From assembly GCF_018977255.1 (NCBI RefSeq), contig NW_024704742.1, positions 51,276,001 through 51,340,000 on the forward strand: a DNA stretch of 64,000 nucleotides, given 5' to 3'. A program made the position numbers and the translations under genes. The stretch comes from Callorhinchus milii (Eukaryota). Each line of letters begins with the position of its first letter. Within the stretch, counting starts at the first letter, position 1. The notes below the pieces were generated by a model, which was given only the letters and a program-made list of their open reading frames with translations, was not told the origin of the DNA and did no database searches. This document shows positions 1 through 12,454 of the stretch, piece after piece.

Positions 1-469
1 TCGACTGTTTGTGGGACACTGCTGTGCGCAATCAGCTACTGCAATTCACCCAAAAATATACAGTCAATTAAATTTACAGAATATTCTGGGAAGCACTTTG
101 AGACATCTCGACGACATGATATGGCGCTATATCAAATGCAAGAATTATTATTATGATTATCAGATGTAGAAGAAAACTATTACAGAGGAAAAATCAGCAG
201 GAACTAATCAACTCAACTTACAAAACAAAACTGTTTTAGGGTTCTTCTAAACATCAAAATATTTGAGCAACAGGACTTATTATACTTTATACTTTTGCTG
301 GGAATAGAATTTACCCAATGCCTGAGAGGGCCATGCTTAATAAACACAATCTTTTCTTTGTATTATTTGTTTGCCAGTTAGTGGCCTCGCCTTGCAATTG
401 AGAGGACAAGGGCTCGATTTGGCAAGTTTCCTTACTCCACACACCTGTTTACCTAGCAGTAAGTAGGTA

Positions 470-2070
470 TCCAGTTGTTGCAACAACAACAACTCGACTC
501 AGAGCCGGGGGGCAGTGACCATAAGCACAGCCGAAAAGCAAGGTTTTCAGGCGGGCCTTGAAAAAGGGAAGAGAGGGGGTAAGGCAAAGAAATTGAGGGA
601 GAGTGTACTAAAGTTTCACAGAGTAGTGGCTGAATGTGCGACCTCCAATGGTTGAGAGGGTGCGAGGGACAAGCAAAAGGCCAGTGCCAGTCAAGTGGAG
701 GGGCCGGGTGGTAGATTGGGGAGTGAGGAGGTCGGAGAGGTAGGGAGGTGCCAGGGAGTGAAGGGATTTGAACACAAGCGTGAGGATTTTGAAGTTGATC
801 CATTCAGTGATGGGGAGCCAGTGGAGCCTGGACAGAACTGGTGAGAAGTGAGTACGGAGATTGGTCCGGGTCACTATGCGTACAACAGAGTTCTGAATGA
901 GCTGGAATTTTTGAATAGGAAGGTGGTCCTGGTCAGGGACTGGATATGAGGAGGAAGGACAGCTGGAGGTCGAACTGGACGCCTATATTGCACACTGATT
1001 CCGTGAGTCTGAGGGAGAGGCTGTGGAGGTTGAGGAGTTCAGATCCGCAGGAGTGAAAACGTTGACGGGTGCTGAGGTGTATGGCTTCCGTCTTGTCCAC
1101 ATTCAGCTGCAGGAAGTTTGCGCTCATCCAGGCCTTAATGTCTGCCAGACAAGCTGATAGAACGTGGAGTTGCAGCTGGATGAGGCAAACTTGAGTTGTG
1201 TGTCATCCACATAAATGTGGAAGTTTACCCCATGTCTGCGGATGGCATCACCAAGAGGGAACATGTAAATGAGGAAAAGGGAACCAAGAATGGAACCCTG
1301 TGGGAGCCCGCAGGTGAGCGGGCAGGAGGAGAAACCATTTGCTGAGATTAAGTGGAGGTGGTTGCTTAAGTAGGACTCAAACCATACGCATATGGTCCCA
1401 CTAAGGTGGATGACGGAGGAGAGACTGGAGGAGGATGGCGTGGTCGACTGTGTCAAACATAGCAGAGATCCAGGCGGACGAGGAGACAGAAGGAGCCCTG
1501 GTCGCAGATAGAGAGGTCGTTTTTTTCGACTTTGACAAGCTCTGTCTCTCTTCATGCAGGTGATTGTGGTTGAGAGGGAGGAGGGAGAAACAGGGTCAAA
1601 GGAGGTTTAAGGAGGAGGGAGTAACAGGAGCTGCGGCGGAGGAAGAAGGCGGTGTGGATGGTCTGGGTGGGGTGGAAGGGGACAAGGGATGGGGGGACAA
1701 CAATGTCCCCAAGCAGATGCTTTCAATCTTTGAGGCGAAGAAGTCTAAGACCTCGTGGCATTTGATGTGAGGATAGAGGGGGCTTGAGGGGGTGCTCGGA
1801 GAAGTTGATGGACGGTGCAGAACAGTGTCTTTGAGTTGTTTTTGGCCTCCAGGATGACTTTGGAGTAAAAGTCAGTTTTGGCCTGTGAAAGGAAGAGGCA
1901 GTAGGTACAGAGGTGCTTGAGCCACAGATAGCGGTGAATCATGAGGCCGGATTACTGCCGTCTACACTCGAGGACCCAGGGTGGGGTTTTAATTGAGCGG
2001 AGATGACTGTTGTACCAGGGGGAGCGGATGGATTTGGAAACAGCCCTGGATTTCAGGGAGCCAGGGATTA
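470..2070 (-). mobile_element. L2 LINE, decayed ORF2 (RT region to 3' end)
   Basis: ORF fragments with GLPQGSILG, FHIYVDDTQL, NFLQLNVDKTE and LHWLPITEWINFKIL; (TTG)n tail near 475-492. Confidence 0.92.
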
Positions 2071-3141
2071 GTTGACTGACGGTTGCTTTCTGAGTATAAT
2101 ATAAAAAAAAGTTCACTCAATATACGACTGTTTGTGGGTCACTGCTGCGTGCAATTGGCTGCCGCGTTTCGCCTGCAAACTAGTCAATTCACTTTACAAC
2201 ATATTGTATGATGCACTTTGAGACGTCTCAACACGATTAGGCGCTGTATCAAATGCAAGGTGTATTATTATTAAGGCATAAGCAGAAAAACAATCAAAGG
2301 ACTTGCAAATATTTCCTCTTAATATGCTTGGAATTGCTTTTGGTGCATTATTTGATCAAATCTAATCCTTAAAAGTGTCAAGTCGATTCCTGGTGCATAT
2401 CCTTTATATTCAAGGCTACAGTATTATATATTTTAATTACAAGAATGATTTGCTTTGCTTCTGTTTACACAGCTCCCTCAAGGGCTAATCTGTGAAATTC
2501 ACAATCAGCAGAACCATTCCATCTAATACACATTTCTTTTAGTATTAAATCTTTTCAGAATGTGAACATAATGAATCATGAAAAAGCTTTGGGTTTCAAT
2601 TTAAAGCACCTTTGTGCTATTGATCACAAAACACGAACAACTTGGTCAGTCATAAATCTGATCACTTGCGAAGCAGATATAAAATCTGAAGTTTTTTTTA
2701 CATTTCGCATTCAATTTTTGCATTTCTCCCAAAATAATGTTTTCTAAATTCCAATAAAACAAAGTTAAACTTCTTACCCAAGGATATATTACAATCATAT
2801 GGGCATTGCAAATAAAATATCATGGGAGGAATGAGGTCAGCCTCAAACTATCTATCAAACTGCATTAGCACATTGGGAGCAGGTTTGTGCTCAATTTTAG
2901 CAAAATCTTAGTCTACTTTGGTCAAAAAAAACTATAGTTTTAACAAAACTATAGAGAGGAAAATTGCTGAAAACAGTTTTAAAAAATAGGTCTTAAGGCA
3001 CTTTCTGAAGGCAGAGAGGGAGCAATCAGAATGGATGCAGAGTTGGTTTAAGTTGGGTGGGATGAGGCAATGGAAGGATTTGAATGGGAGGAATGAGAAT
3101 CTTGATTTTGGTAAATCATTTGGTAAACATTTTCAGAATAA

Positions 3142-3796
3142 ATATTTTTGGTAGCTGCTAACAACTGTGGGATTGGATGTTGTAAAAAATGTGCACTAAT
3201 TTACTTACGTTTGTTCCCATCAACTTCCCATCAAAGTTGGAAAATTTTCATTAATCAAATAGACAAAGGAAAGGTACTTTCTAGCCTTTGTGAACCAAGC
3301 AATGCAACTTGCTAGCTAGCTTGTATGTATGTAGAAATGTATCTCTCTGTTGAACTAAAATCAGAGATCACTGGGAACACTCAGCAGGTCAGACAGCATC
3401 TATGGAGAGGAAGTGAGTTAATGTTTCAGGTCGATGACCTTTCGTCAGAACAGAGAATTCAAGGTCACTGACTGAAACGTTAACTCACTTTCCTCTCTCC
3501 ATAGATGCTGCTCCTCACCTGCTGAGTGTTTCCAGCAACTTCGTTTTTTATTTCAGATTTCCAGCATCTGCAGTATTTTGCCCTCTCTGCTGAACTCTGT
3601 GCTCAATCGCTCCTGATTTGTTTCTCCAAGATACAGATGTTTGCTCCTTTATCTTCTCTTACAACGCTCCCAATCTAATGTATTAGCTCCTCCTTTGGAC
3701 AAAAAGGTAAATTTACAGTTTTACGTTGTTTAAGTTCATGTACTGTAAATGGTTTCTCATGACAGAATTTTTAAAACAATTCCCACTTGTCAATAA
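3142..3796 (+). pseudogene. Decayed orphan ORF, X-type domain (copy A1), interrupted by a hairpin element
   Basis: Reads IFLVAANNCGIGCCKKCALIYLRLFPSTSHQSWKIFINQIDKG..LACMYVEMY, then SVLNRS*FVSPRYRCLLLYLLLQR..MVSHDRIFKTIPTCQ*; aligns by eye and colinearly with the ORF at 33270-32781. Confidence 0.6.
3357..3582. mobile_element. Inverted-repeat (hairpin) insertion resembling Penelope-type terminal repeats, with 14-bp target-site duplication
   Basis: Arms aacactcagcaggt..cagcatctatggagag..gtgagttaatgtttcag and their reverse complement; direct repeat ctctctgYtgaact at 3343-3356 and 3583-3596; family assignment from memory. Confidence 0.75.
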
Positions 3797-4444
3797 ATGA
3801 TGAATTTTGTTATGAAGCATTTTAACTGCTTTGCAGAAAACCTCTTAAAAATGTCAGATGTTGGGTCTACTCCCTTTCTTTTTACAAATTTGTGTGTTCA
3901 AGTATAGATTTGTTTTGATCAGCCAGCTATACATGTGAAAAACGATACCATGCTTAAGCTTAACAGTCTCCAAACCAAACAACTAAGTGCTCCATACATG
4001 TATGGTTTCCATTTGTTTGGTATGAAACCCACACATTCTCCTCAGGAGGCCATACCTTGCTTACAAAATTGCAGAGAAAATTACAAAATCCGTTTGAGAA
4101 CTCCAGAGGGTGGATTGGAGTGCTTCTGAAATTTAACCAAATAAAAATGCAGAGAACTTCTAAGCTCCTTAGATCACCTTGTGGCTATTTGCGACACATT
4201 ACTGGGTGTAAAATGCCTGCTACGGTTGTCTACAAAAAAAATCAATGCATTGGAAAGAGCGTTTGTGGCATTTCAATACAATAAACTAGTAATTTACATC
4301 ATCGTTTTTGCACGACACACAGTAACTAGTCAAGGCTGGGACAGTTCTGGTCTGCACTACACACCATGTTGCTTACCAAGGGAGCCATGAGTGGAATCTC
4401 AGATGCACCTCATCCACACAATTTCAGAAAAGCAAAGTGATTAA
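3797..4444 (+). pseudogene. Decayed orphan ORF, Y-type domain (copy A2)
   Basis: TAA-ATG junction at 3794-3799; 216 codons in one frame with 4 internal stops (3905, 4127, 4142, 4388); AATAAA at 4443-4448; resembles the ORF starting at 32779. Confidence 0.62.
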
Positions 4445-4719
4445 TAAAATACATTTTCCAAAATGATTAAAACTGCTATCTTATTTATTAAGATAAGTGG
4501 GATTTTCCACTCCAAATAAATTGTACATCAGGATCAGATTTAATCCGACCACTAAATCTGAAAAAGCACAACTAATACTAATCCATATTTTATCCACATC
4601 TCAAGCTATGTGGCCAGACTCAACATTAACAGAAAATGTTTATGAAGCCGGATTTAAATTGCTGCAAGTGAAAATTTTAAAATAAATGGCTTTATTACAA
4701 CAAATGTAGCATCAGATGC

Positions 4720-5235
4720 CAGCCTAGCTCATTGACAGTACTCTAGCCTTCGAGTGGCCAGTTCAAGCCCTATATCGGGACTCTGAACTCCTAATCTCAA
4801 CTGATACTACTGAAGTGGAGTCCTGTAGCTCAGTAGTTAGAGCACTCGCTTTGCAAGCGAGAGACCGGAGTTCAATTCCAGGCAGGGCAAAAAGCACTAT
4901 ATCAAATGCAAGGATTATTATTATTGTTATTATAAGTGTAGAAGGAAATGCAGTGCTGCAGGAGTATTGCAGTTTCGGGGGTGCCGTCATTCAGATGACA
5001 ATAAACTGAGGTTTATGATCTGTCTGCTCAAGTAAATGTTAAAAGATCCCATGGCACTAATCGAAAAGAGAATGTAATTTCTTCCAGCAACAAACTCCAG
5101 ATAAAACTGATCGTTCACTTAATGGGCATTTGTGGGGCATTGCTGTATGCAAATTGGCTGCGCATTCACTACCAAATACAGACACTACACTTTACAGTAA
5201 AACATCTTGGAAAATGCTTCGAGTCATTGAATACA
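4720..5235 (+). mobile_element. Deu-domain SINE (SacSINE1/AmnSINE-like), decayed, with nested mini-SINE
   Basis: ggtgccgtcattcagatgacaataaactgagg...aaaagatcccatggcact core, repeated elsewhere in the window. Confidence 0.75.
4815..4932 (+). mobile_element. Internally deleted tRNA-headed SINE (head fused to tail)
   Basis: gtggagtcctgtagctcag..gttcaattcc head joined directly to gcactatatcaaatgcaaggattatt tail. Confidence 0.85.
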
Positions 5236-5249
5236 AGTCCTGTAGCTTT

Positions 5250-5620
5250 GTGGAGTCCTGCAGTTTAGTGGTTAGAGCACTGAGGAGGAGTGGGGTTTGA
5301 TTCCTGGGCAGGGCAAAACCTTAGGCAAGTTTCCTTACTCCACATGCTTGTTTACCTAGCAATAAGTAGAAACCTGGTTGTTAGTCCATTGATGGATCAC
5401 TTTTCCAGGGGCACTAATTCCTTCAACAAAATAATAATAAATTGGTCACTCATTGGTCACACGACTATTTATAGGACACTGCTGTTCACAATTGGCTACC
5501 GCGTGTTGCCCACAAAATATCCAGTCAATTCACTTCACAGTATATTCTGTGAAGCACTTTGAGATGTCTCGAAGACGTGATAATGCGCCATAAGATTTGC
5601 AAGGATTATTATTATCATTA
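5250..5620 (+). mobile_element. tRNA-derived SINE with L2-like tail
   Basis: A/B-box head, shared body, tgcaaggattattatt tail. Confidence 0.88.
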
Positions 5621-6639
5621 TGAAGTGATAAGGTTCGATATCAAATGCAACAATTATTTTATATGCCCTACAATTTTCTCAGTAACCAAGTGCAGATTAT
5701 TTCTCAAAGCCTTCATTAATAACAGACCTATTTAATCAACAATCAACACTGGCATTGACTGGCAGTCCACAAGAAGCATGTAAAAACAGGACCTGCCTCT
5801 CCCCTCCACACATGCTAAACAAAATCAATTCTAAACAGGAGTTTTAAAGGAATTTTCCAGAGCTGCAATCCAATTCATGTACGATCATCTGCACTACTCA
5901 ATTAGATTACTGACTTGAAGTCACTTCTTGGCACTCATTTCCAGAGTTGATATCCATTTAATGTACACATCATATGATTTTGCTTTATATTACATAAAGA
6001 CATTGAAAACCCATGAATGTATAAACAAACAAGAAACAAAAATTGCATTTGTATAGCACCTTTCACGTCGGGAGGACTTCCCAAGGCGCTGGACAATCGG
6101 TGTTTCAGTGCATATAAACAGCAGAGAACAAGAAACGGAATCACTTAGGGAACGATTACTACACGATTACTACCGGAGAGCAATCTGCCAATCGACTTAC
6201 AACCGGGTTCCTATTTACTGCTAGGTAAACAGAGTAAGGAAACTTGCAAAAGGTTTCACCCTGCCAGGAATTCAACCCGGGTCCTCTGGCTGTGAGGCAA
6301 GCTAACCACAGCCGTATGGGTCTACACGTCATACCTCCCTCTTTATCTGCAAAACCAATTTAAAAACCTTCTCTGACTGCGAATTTTGTCACCTCACTCT
6401 TAACCACCCTCAACTCTACCCAGCTCAAACTCCCACATCTTTGTAAAGCACTTTAAGATGTTCTCTTAGACAAATGAAAAAAGTATTTAAATGCAAATTA
6501 GTTTTGTAAGTGCTTAGTTTAACAAGTTTTGTCCTAACCCAATTACCCTTCCTAATAACCCATTCTAGTCAATCACCCTTAAAGTAGAGGAATATTGCCC
6601 ACTTACTGCCTAAATTTTCACTCCAAGGCCCTAAACTCG

Positions 6640-6853
6640 CTTTTCTACTGTTATTTAATTCACCAAGTAATGATAATGGAAATCATGTAATTTTAGTATA
6701 CCTTCTGATTGCTGGGGTTGGTATAGTTCAGGGCTGGAATTTATGAAAACCTTTTGATCCAACTCCTCTTCCATTGTTTGTCCAATAGAAAGTAGGCTCA
6801 AACGCCTCATTTTTAGAAGCCTTGGAGCACTACCACGAACTGTACCATCTACT
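6640..6853 (-). repeat. Local duplicate of 7533-7746 (3' part of the Y ORF)
   Basis: 214 bp with about 5 mismatches, one creating a premature TAA. Confidence 0.95.
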
Positions 6854-7529
6854 CTCTTCTGCTCTGTGAACTTGATGCATCTTTCTAGATTGTTTCCTGC
6901 ATCCTATTTAACATTTTACATACACTACATACTTCAATTACGTCCCCTGATTGCATGACTTCTGCCATCAACCCTGAAATGATTTGGTAATGCAGTCCAA
7001 TATAATATTGCACTTGATTATCGCTATTTCACACTGGATACACTATGAGCACTACATCATACATCAATGGATGCACTGTACTTAAGACACAGCGATTAAT
7101 GAGTTTGATTCATTGAAACACTATGTCCCACAAACAGCCAAAGGAGTGAAGGTCAAATTAATCTGGAGACAGTTTAACATCTCATGCAAAAGATGGCAGA
7201 TATAACAATGCAGCGGGTCTCAGCCTCTCAGTAAGAACTTGAACCAGTCTTCCGACTCAGAAGAGAGAGAAGAGGAAGCAGACAGGTTACAAGACAAATC
7301 CCAAAGCCACCTTACTCAACACCTCCTCCCATTTTGATCTAATTCCCCTTTACCACTTACTTTGCTTCTTTTTAGCAGTTACTGTGTAATGTTGTACACA
7401 AACAGAAAAACATTGTCACAATATCCACTGTGAGGACTACATCATACATCAATGTTTATATTGTACTTAGAAGCCAAATGTATACTATGTATCTCTGCAA
7501 TGTTAAGTCTCTTTAATTTAAACATTAAT

Positions 7530-7802
7530 TTACTTTTCTACTGTTATTTCATTCACCAAGTAATGATAATGGAAATCATGTAATTTTAGTATACCTTCTG
7601 ATTGCTGGGGTTGGTATAGTTCAGCGCTGGAATCCACGAAAACCTTTTGATCCAACTCCTCTTCCATTGTTTGTCCAATAGAAAGTAGGCTCAAACGCCT
7701 CATTTTTAGAAGCCTTGGAGCACTACCACGAACTGTACCATCTACTTCCAGAACTACATCCCCAGATATAGTAGCAGGTACGACACGCTTAAGAAAATTC
7801 AT
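7530..7802 (-). CDS. Orphan 90-aa ORF, Y-type (copy C), uninterrupted
   Basis: MNFLKRVVPATISGDVVLEVDG...; ATG overlaps the upstream TGA (ATGA); ATTAAA at 7517-7512; expression unknown. Confidence 0.55.
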   Translation of the reverse strand: MNFLKRVVPATISGDVVLEVDGTVRGSAPRLLKMRRLSLLSIGQTMEEELDQKVFVDSSAELYQPQQSEGILKLHDFHYHYLVNEITVEK

Positions 7803-8117
7803 TTTATAATTCTAATGGCCCAATAATAAAAATACAGAGCAGCGCCCGACTGCTGTTCCTCACATATTCGAGTACTCATGAAAACGTCCTTGAAGTTTAC
7901 GTAAAGGTATTTATAGTGGATTGCGGTGATGCAATGCTCATTGGGTGTTGTCAAAAAGCTGCAGATCAACCAACGGTTATCATCAAGGAACGTTTGGAAC
8001 TCGACCCCTCCTTCACGTGTAGAGTGATCGAAAATACAGTCAACCAATTGAGCACGTAGCTGAAGGTGTGTTTTAGCAACAAGGAAAGGTCAATCTACGT
8101 TTCAACAGAATGTACAT
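7799..8117 (-). pseudogene. Orphan ~105-aa ORF, X-type (copy C), one frameshift
   Basis: MYILLKRRLTF(fs)LVAKTHLQLRAQ..GGVEFQTFLDDNRWLICSFL..AIHYK..IIK*; CpG-rich relative to flanks; TATA-like run at ~8137-8146. Confidence 0.62.
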
Positions 8118-9482
8118 CTGGTCAGATCTGGACAGGATATATATAAACCCCTAATAATTTTAGGATCAGTTTACAATTTCCTAATTATTTCTTAATGCAA
8201 CACAGTCAGAGAGGGTGGAGCTCTACTCCTCCAACATTAAAAGCTGCTGTTCCCCAGAGATAACAAATATCATTTCATCAACAAGTTGAAGAAGCATATC
8301 AACATTCACAGTTCAAAAGTTCCACATATTTTATCTCTCCTACAAATTATTTCCCATATAACCTTTAATCCATGCAAAACTGTTCAAGGCAGAGAAACAT
8401 TAATGCAATAAGATGTTTTGCACATAAAGATTTTTTTAAAAAACAAAAAGGATTTTTCTTTATACAGAATGTCTGGTGAACTTAGCTAAGACAGCAGCAT
8501 GTAAAGTACAATTATGTGAAACAGGAATTATAATTTGTATTAAAGCAGTCAGTAATGTACTTTAAAAGAGCAATTCATGATTTGAATTCACTGAATAATT
8601 AAAATATTCAAAGAGCATTTTAATTGGAGGCCGAAATATTCTGTATTTGGAGAAAAAATCCAGTATTTATCGCACAAATTGCTGTTTTGCATATAGCAAA
8701 TATTTCTCGATATTTAAGCATGTAACTTGTTGGCAAAAATATTTTACTGGTGAATACTATTTACTTAAAGTATTAAACAACTTTATTATGACAAACCCTC
8801 TATAATTACAAGGCTCCTCTGTGGAAAAGGTTTCAATATCTGGGTCTTCAAAAAGCTAAGGACAAAGGACTTTTACACCAGGATAACATTCATTCTAGTG
8901 TTTAAGTATGGTTAAATAGGGTTTGATTTCTCAAAAATACTTTGAATTCATAACTATTTTGTGCTTCTGTTCCATATAATGTGTTGATTTAAGCCCCAAA
9001 AGTGGCACTGAGGTGGAGAAGTAAAAAGGGCTCACTTCAGAGGGATACAGAATATTCATACTTGAAATATCAACAGTGGAACAGGCAACAGTGGAATATC
9101 AAGTTTATGCCATGAATGAGAGAACCTGAAACTCAAGCATAACTGTTTATTTACAAATAAATGAAAAATTAGAAATAGAATAAACTCAGCAAACTTCCTC
9201 ATTATATAGTTTGTTTATACATCTTCTCCCACCACATCACCATATTGCTAGAAGCAGAGACCATACCATAATATTTACATTACTAATATTTATATTACTT
9301 GGAACCTCATTCTTGGGAGTGCCTCAGCTCTCTTATAAGGAGGCAGCAGAACAATTGCATGCATGAATTAAAACAAAGAAAGCTTCAGGTGCACCTTAAG
9401 TGAACGATAGGTTCATACAAAGTTTTGTATTTAAAAGTTGATCTAAATTGCTAGTACTCATAACACAGCTCAGCCCACTGAG

Positions 9483-12454
9483 AATATGTATGGAATATTA
9501 TTAAGCAGGTTTCCATAAACATTCAAAGAACAGGTGGAAATATTCCATTAGAAACTAAAAAATAATTCAACCTCTAACTTTAAATAAATTTAAAATTAAA
9601 TATGGAACTTACATGTGAAGCTAACAAAAAGCAACTACACCTGGTAGTTAATAGATTTACCCGTCAGATCAAAACAGTAGTACAGATATTATATAAACAG
9701 TATACATACAGTTCAAGGAACTAGTTTTCCATATATATTGATAGAGGCCTGTTGTACATTGCCCACGATGAAAGCACACAAGAATGAGTTGCAACTTTTT
9801 CTGCTGGATCGGGACAAAGAATAATGTAATAGAATTTATAACCTTATTCGAATAAATTATTTGATATCTGAGAAGAAAGTATATAGTCACAAATAAAACT
9901 TAGCTCCTGTGACTTTCCAAAATAGACAAAACTCAACTGCAAATTTAAATATAAACCTCATATGACATCTTAGAATTGCTCTAAGACCAAATAACATAAG
10001 GTAAATTTGTACTCTGAAACACAAAGCTCATAGGCACTAAAAGTACAACAGCAAACAGTGAAAAAGTCTTGAAATTTATATGTACAAATAGTAAGTCAGA
10101 CATGCGTTAATACAAAACAAAAAAACAATTTCTAAGTAATGTTACAACAGTCTAAATTTTTCAGGACTCTTTGCAAACATGTAGATTACATACCTTCCCA
10201 ATGAACTTGTTGCCAGAGGCTGACATGTGCAATCATTTGTGTGAGACAAGCAATACATATTGTAAATAATTTTGTATAGTCAAAATGCTGCTCGCTCGAG
10301 GGTTGTATTTCTTAACATAGCACCGATGAACAAATCTTATCCACTTGGCATTGCACATTTTTCTTAACAGCTAATAGGGCATCGAAGATGGAAACAAAAA
10401 ACTCTTAATGTTGAGAAAAGTCCTCTCAAGAATCTATCCATCATGCAGAGGCTTGCAAGAACTTCAGAACATCTGGCTCTTCATATGTAACATGTTCAGG
10501 CTATATAGGATTAGCATGAACCAGTCAACATTTAGTTCCACAAAGAATCAGGTTTTCTTCAGCTGGAAAGAAATTGTCAGGATTGATCTCATCTATTCAT
10601 ACAGTGTGAGCAACTCATATGATCTGATGAAAATATAGACAGACCTTAAAAAAAAACTACTCTGACCAACAGAGGTGATCTGTTTCTTGAGTTTTTATAG
10701 TTCAGTTACAAATTCTTAACTCGCTTTTGGGCTGAAAAATGAACATGAGGTTGGTTTCAGTTCCCTATCTCTGACCTGCTTACACCCCACTCCACCATCA
10801 GCCTCCTGCACATTCCTCATTCCCTCCTCCCCACCATCAGTAGCCATCCTTTTAACCACTGCACCCCAAGAAACTGGAACTCTCTACCTCAATCCCTCTG
10901 CCTCGTCTCCTTCAAATCACACCTGAAGACCTTATTCTTAAAACTGTGCCTATGGTCACCTCCCCCCTCTCCCTGGTTTGCCGTCAAGTTCTGCCACAGT
11001 TAAGTTCAGAGATGTTACCCTGCACGCAGGGCATTACATGAATGCAAATAGTTGCTGCTGTTGTCTCAATATTCTATAACCATGTACTGTTTTCATCAAA
11101 AAGAAAAATGATCCACATGATTTCTGAACAGAGTTTGAAAGGAGTCCCCACCATTGGTTGACTTGCATGTTTCACCGTAGAGTGATCTGTCTCCACTCTA
11201 TTTACAACATTTATTCTGACTCAGTGATTTGAACACCAAACTTGGTAACAGAAGGTCCTATTTTTTAATCCTAGCAGGGACCAGTCAGGTGTTCACTCTT
11301 TCAAGATCAATAAAATAAGTACTTGAGATTAAAACACTCTTATAGTTATCCAAAGCACTGTTGAAGACTGACCAGGCTAATTCATCAATTAATCTTGAAA
11401 GTATAGACATGTCCTCAGCCTTGCAAACCAAGATAGGATAGTCAATCCTTCATTCTTGTAGACTTTTAGTTACAAGTATCAATGGAACCCAGTTATGGAA
11501 GGAACCCTGTTTCAGGATAATAAACCCAAACATTGCATTATAATAGGGCACAAAACAAATGCTTAAATCCTAGGACGATATGTTTTCACCCAGAGAGTAG
11601 TTGGGAGATGAAAATTAGTCAGGTAGTGGAGGCGTAGTCCATTGTTAGTCTGTTAGTCACTGCTGGTGCAAACACTGATTTCAGGAACGATCTTAGGCTC
11701 CTAGAAATCACATTTGGTAAATCGGGCAGATTCAAGAAAGGTGTACTTAACTTCTTAGCGTACTTTGAAATGTATCATCAAAGGCATTAGTTTAGAAGAT
11801 CTCCAGAAACTTCTTGCCAACATCAGTTGTTCCCTTGTGTCAGCATCACTCAGTAAGTAGTGCTCTCACCTCAGTCAGAAGCCCCACATCAGGCTTCGAA
11901 CTCCATGCAGTCTAAGCTGACTGCAGTCCAGGGCCGCACTGCATTGGTGGAGGTTTCAGATGAAATACTAACCCAAGGTACCGCCTGCTTTGGCAGGTAT
12001 CCATAAACCAGTCACCCACCCAAACTCCCATGGAAAATCACATGCAACAAGTTCAACTAATGAAAGTTCAAGAATATTCAATTATCTTGATGAGCACCAC
12101 TTTTGTAAAAATAGCTACCACAAAGATCTCAACTTTAGTAAACATTTGTATGTGTTTACAAAAGCCAGAGAGTAGTTTCTTTTCTTTAGAATATTTTCAA
12201 AGCAACATCCCATGCATTGGACTATCTAGTGAATGGCAACAATCTGCAGTTATGTAACTTCTTTCATATTCGGTCAATTAAACTATAAAATTAATCTTTC
12301 TCCTTTACTGGTGATTATGGAACAGTGCACTATTAAAGCTTACAAGAAAGGATCAAAATGGACCAAATGGCTGATTTCAGTGCTGAAACATATTAGGATT
12401 GTAAGACTGTTGGACATATTCAGCGTACCAAATCTTCATATGGAGAAAACATAG
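9483..12454 (+). pseudogene. Heavily decayed cluster of X/Y-type ORFs (copy E), interrupted by L2, CR1 and SINE fragments
   Basis: Motif matches near 9690-9745, 10215-10275, 10408-10638 (open 76 aa), 11130-11175 and 12075-12135. Confidence 0.45.
10770..11063 (+). mobile_element. L2 3' fragment
   Basis: ctggaactctctacctc..cacctgaagacc..tgcaaatagttgctgctgttg tail. Confidence 0.8.

Noticed and set aside
3209..3354. Apparent - strand exon (ttttag| ... |gtaagt)
   Set aside because: The acceptor is created by the hairpin insertion junction, and the region is better explained as + strand ORF A1; exonisation cannot be excluded
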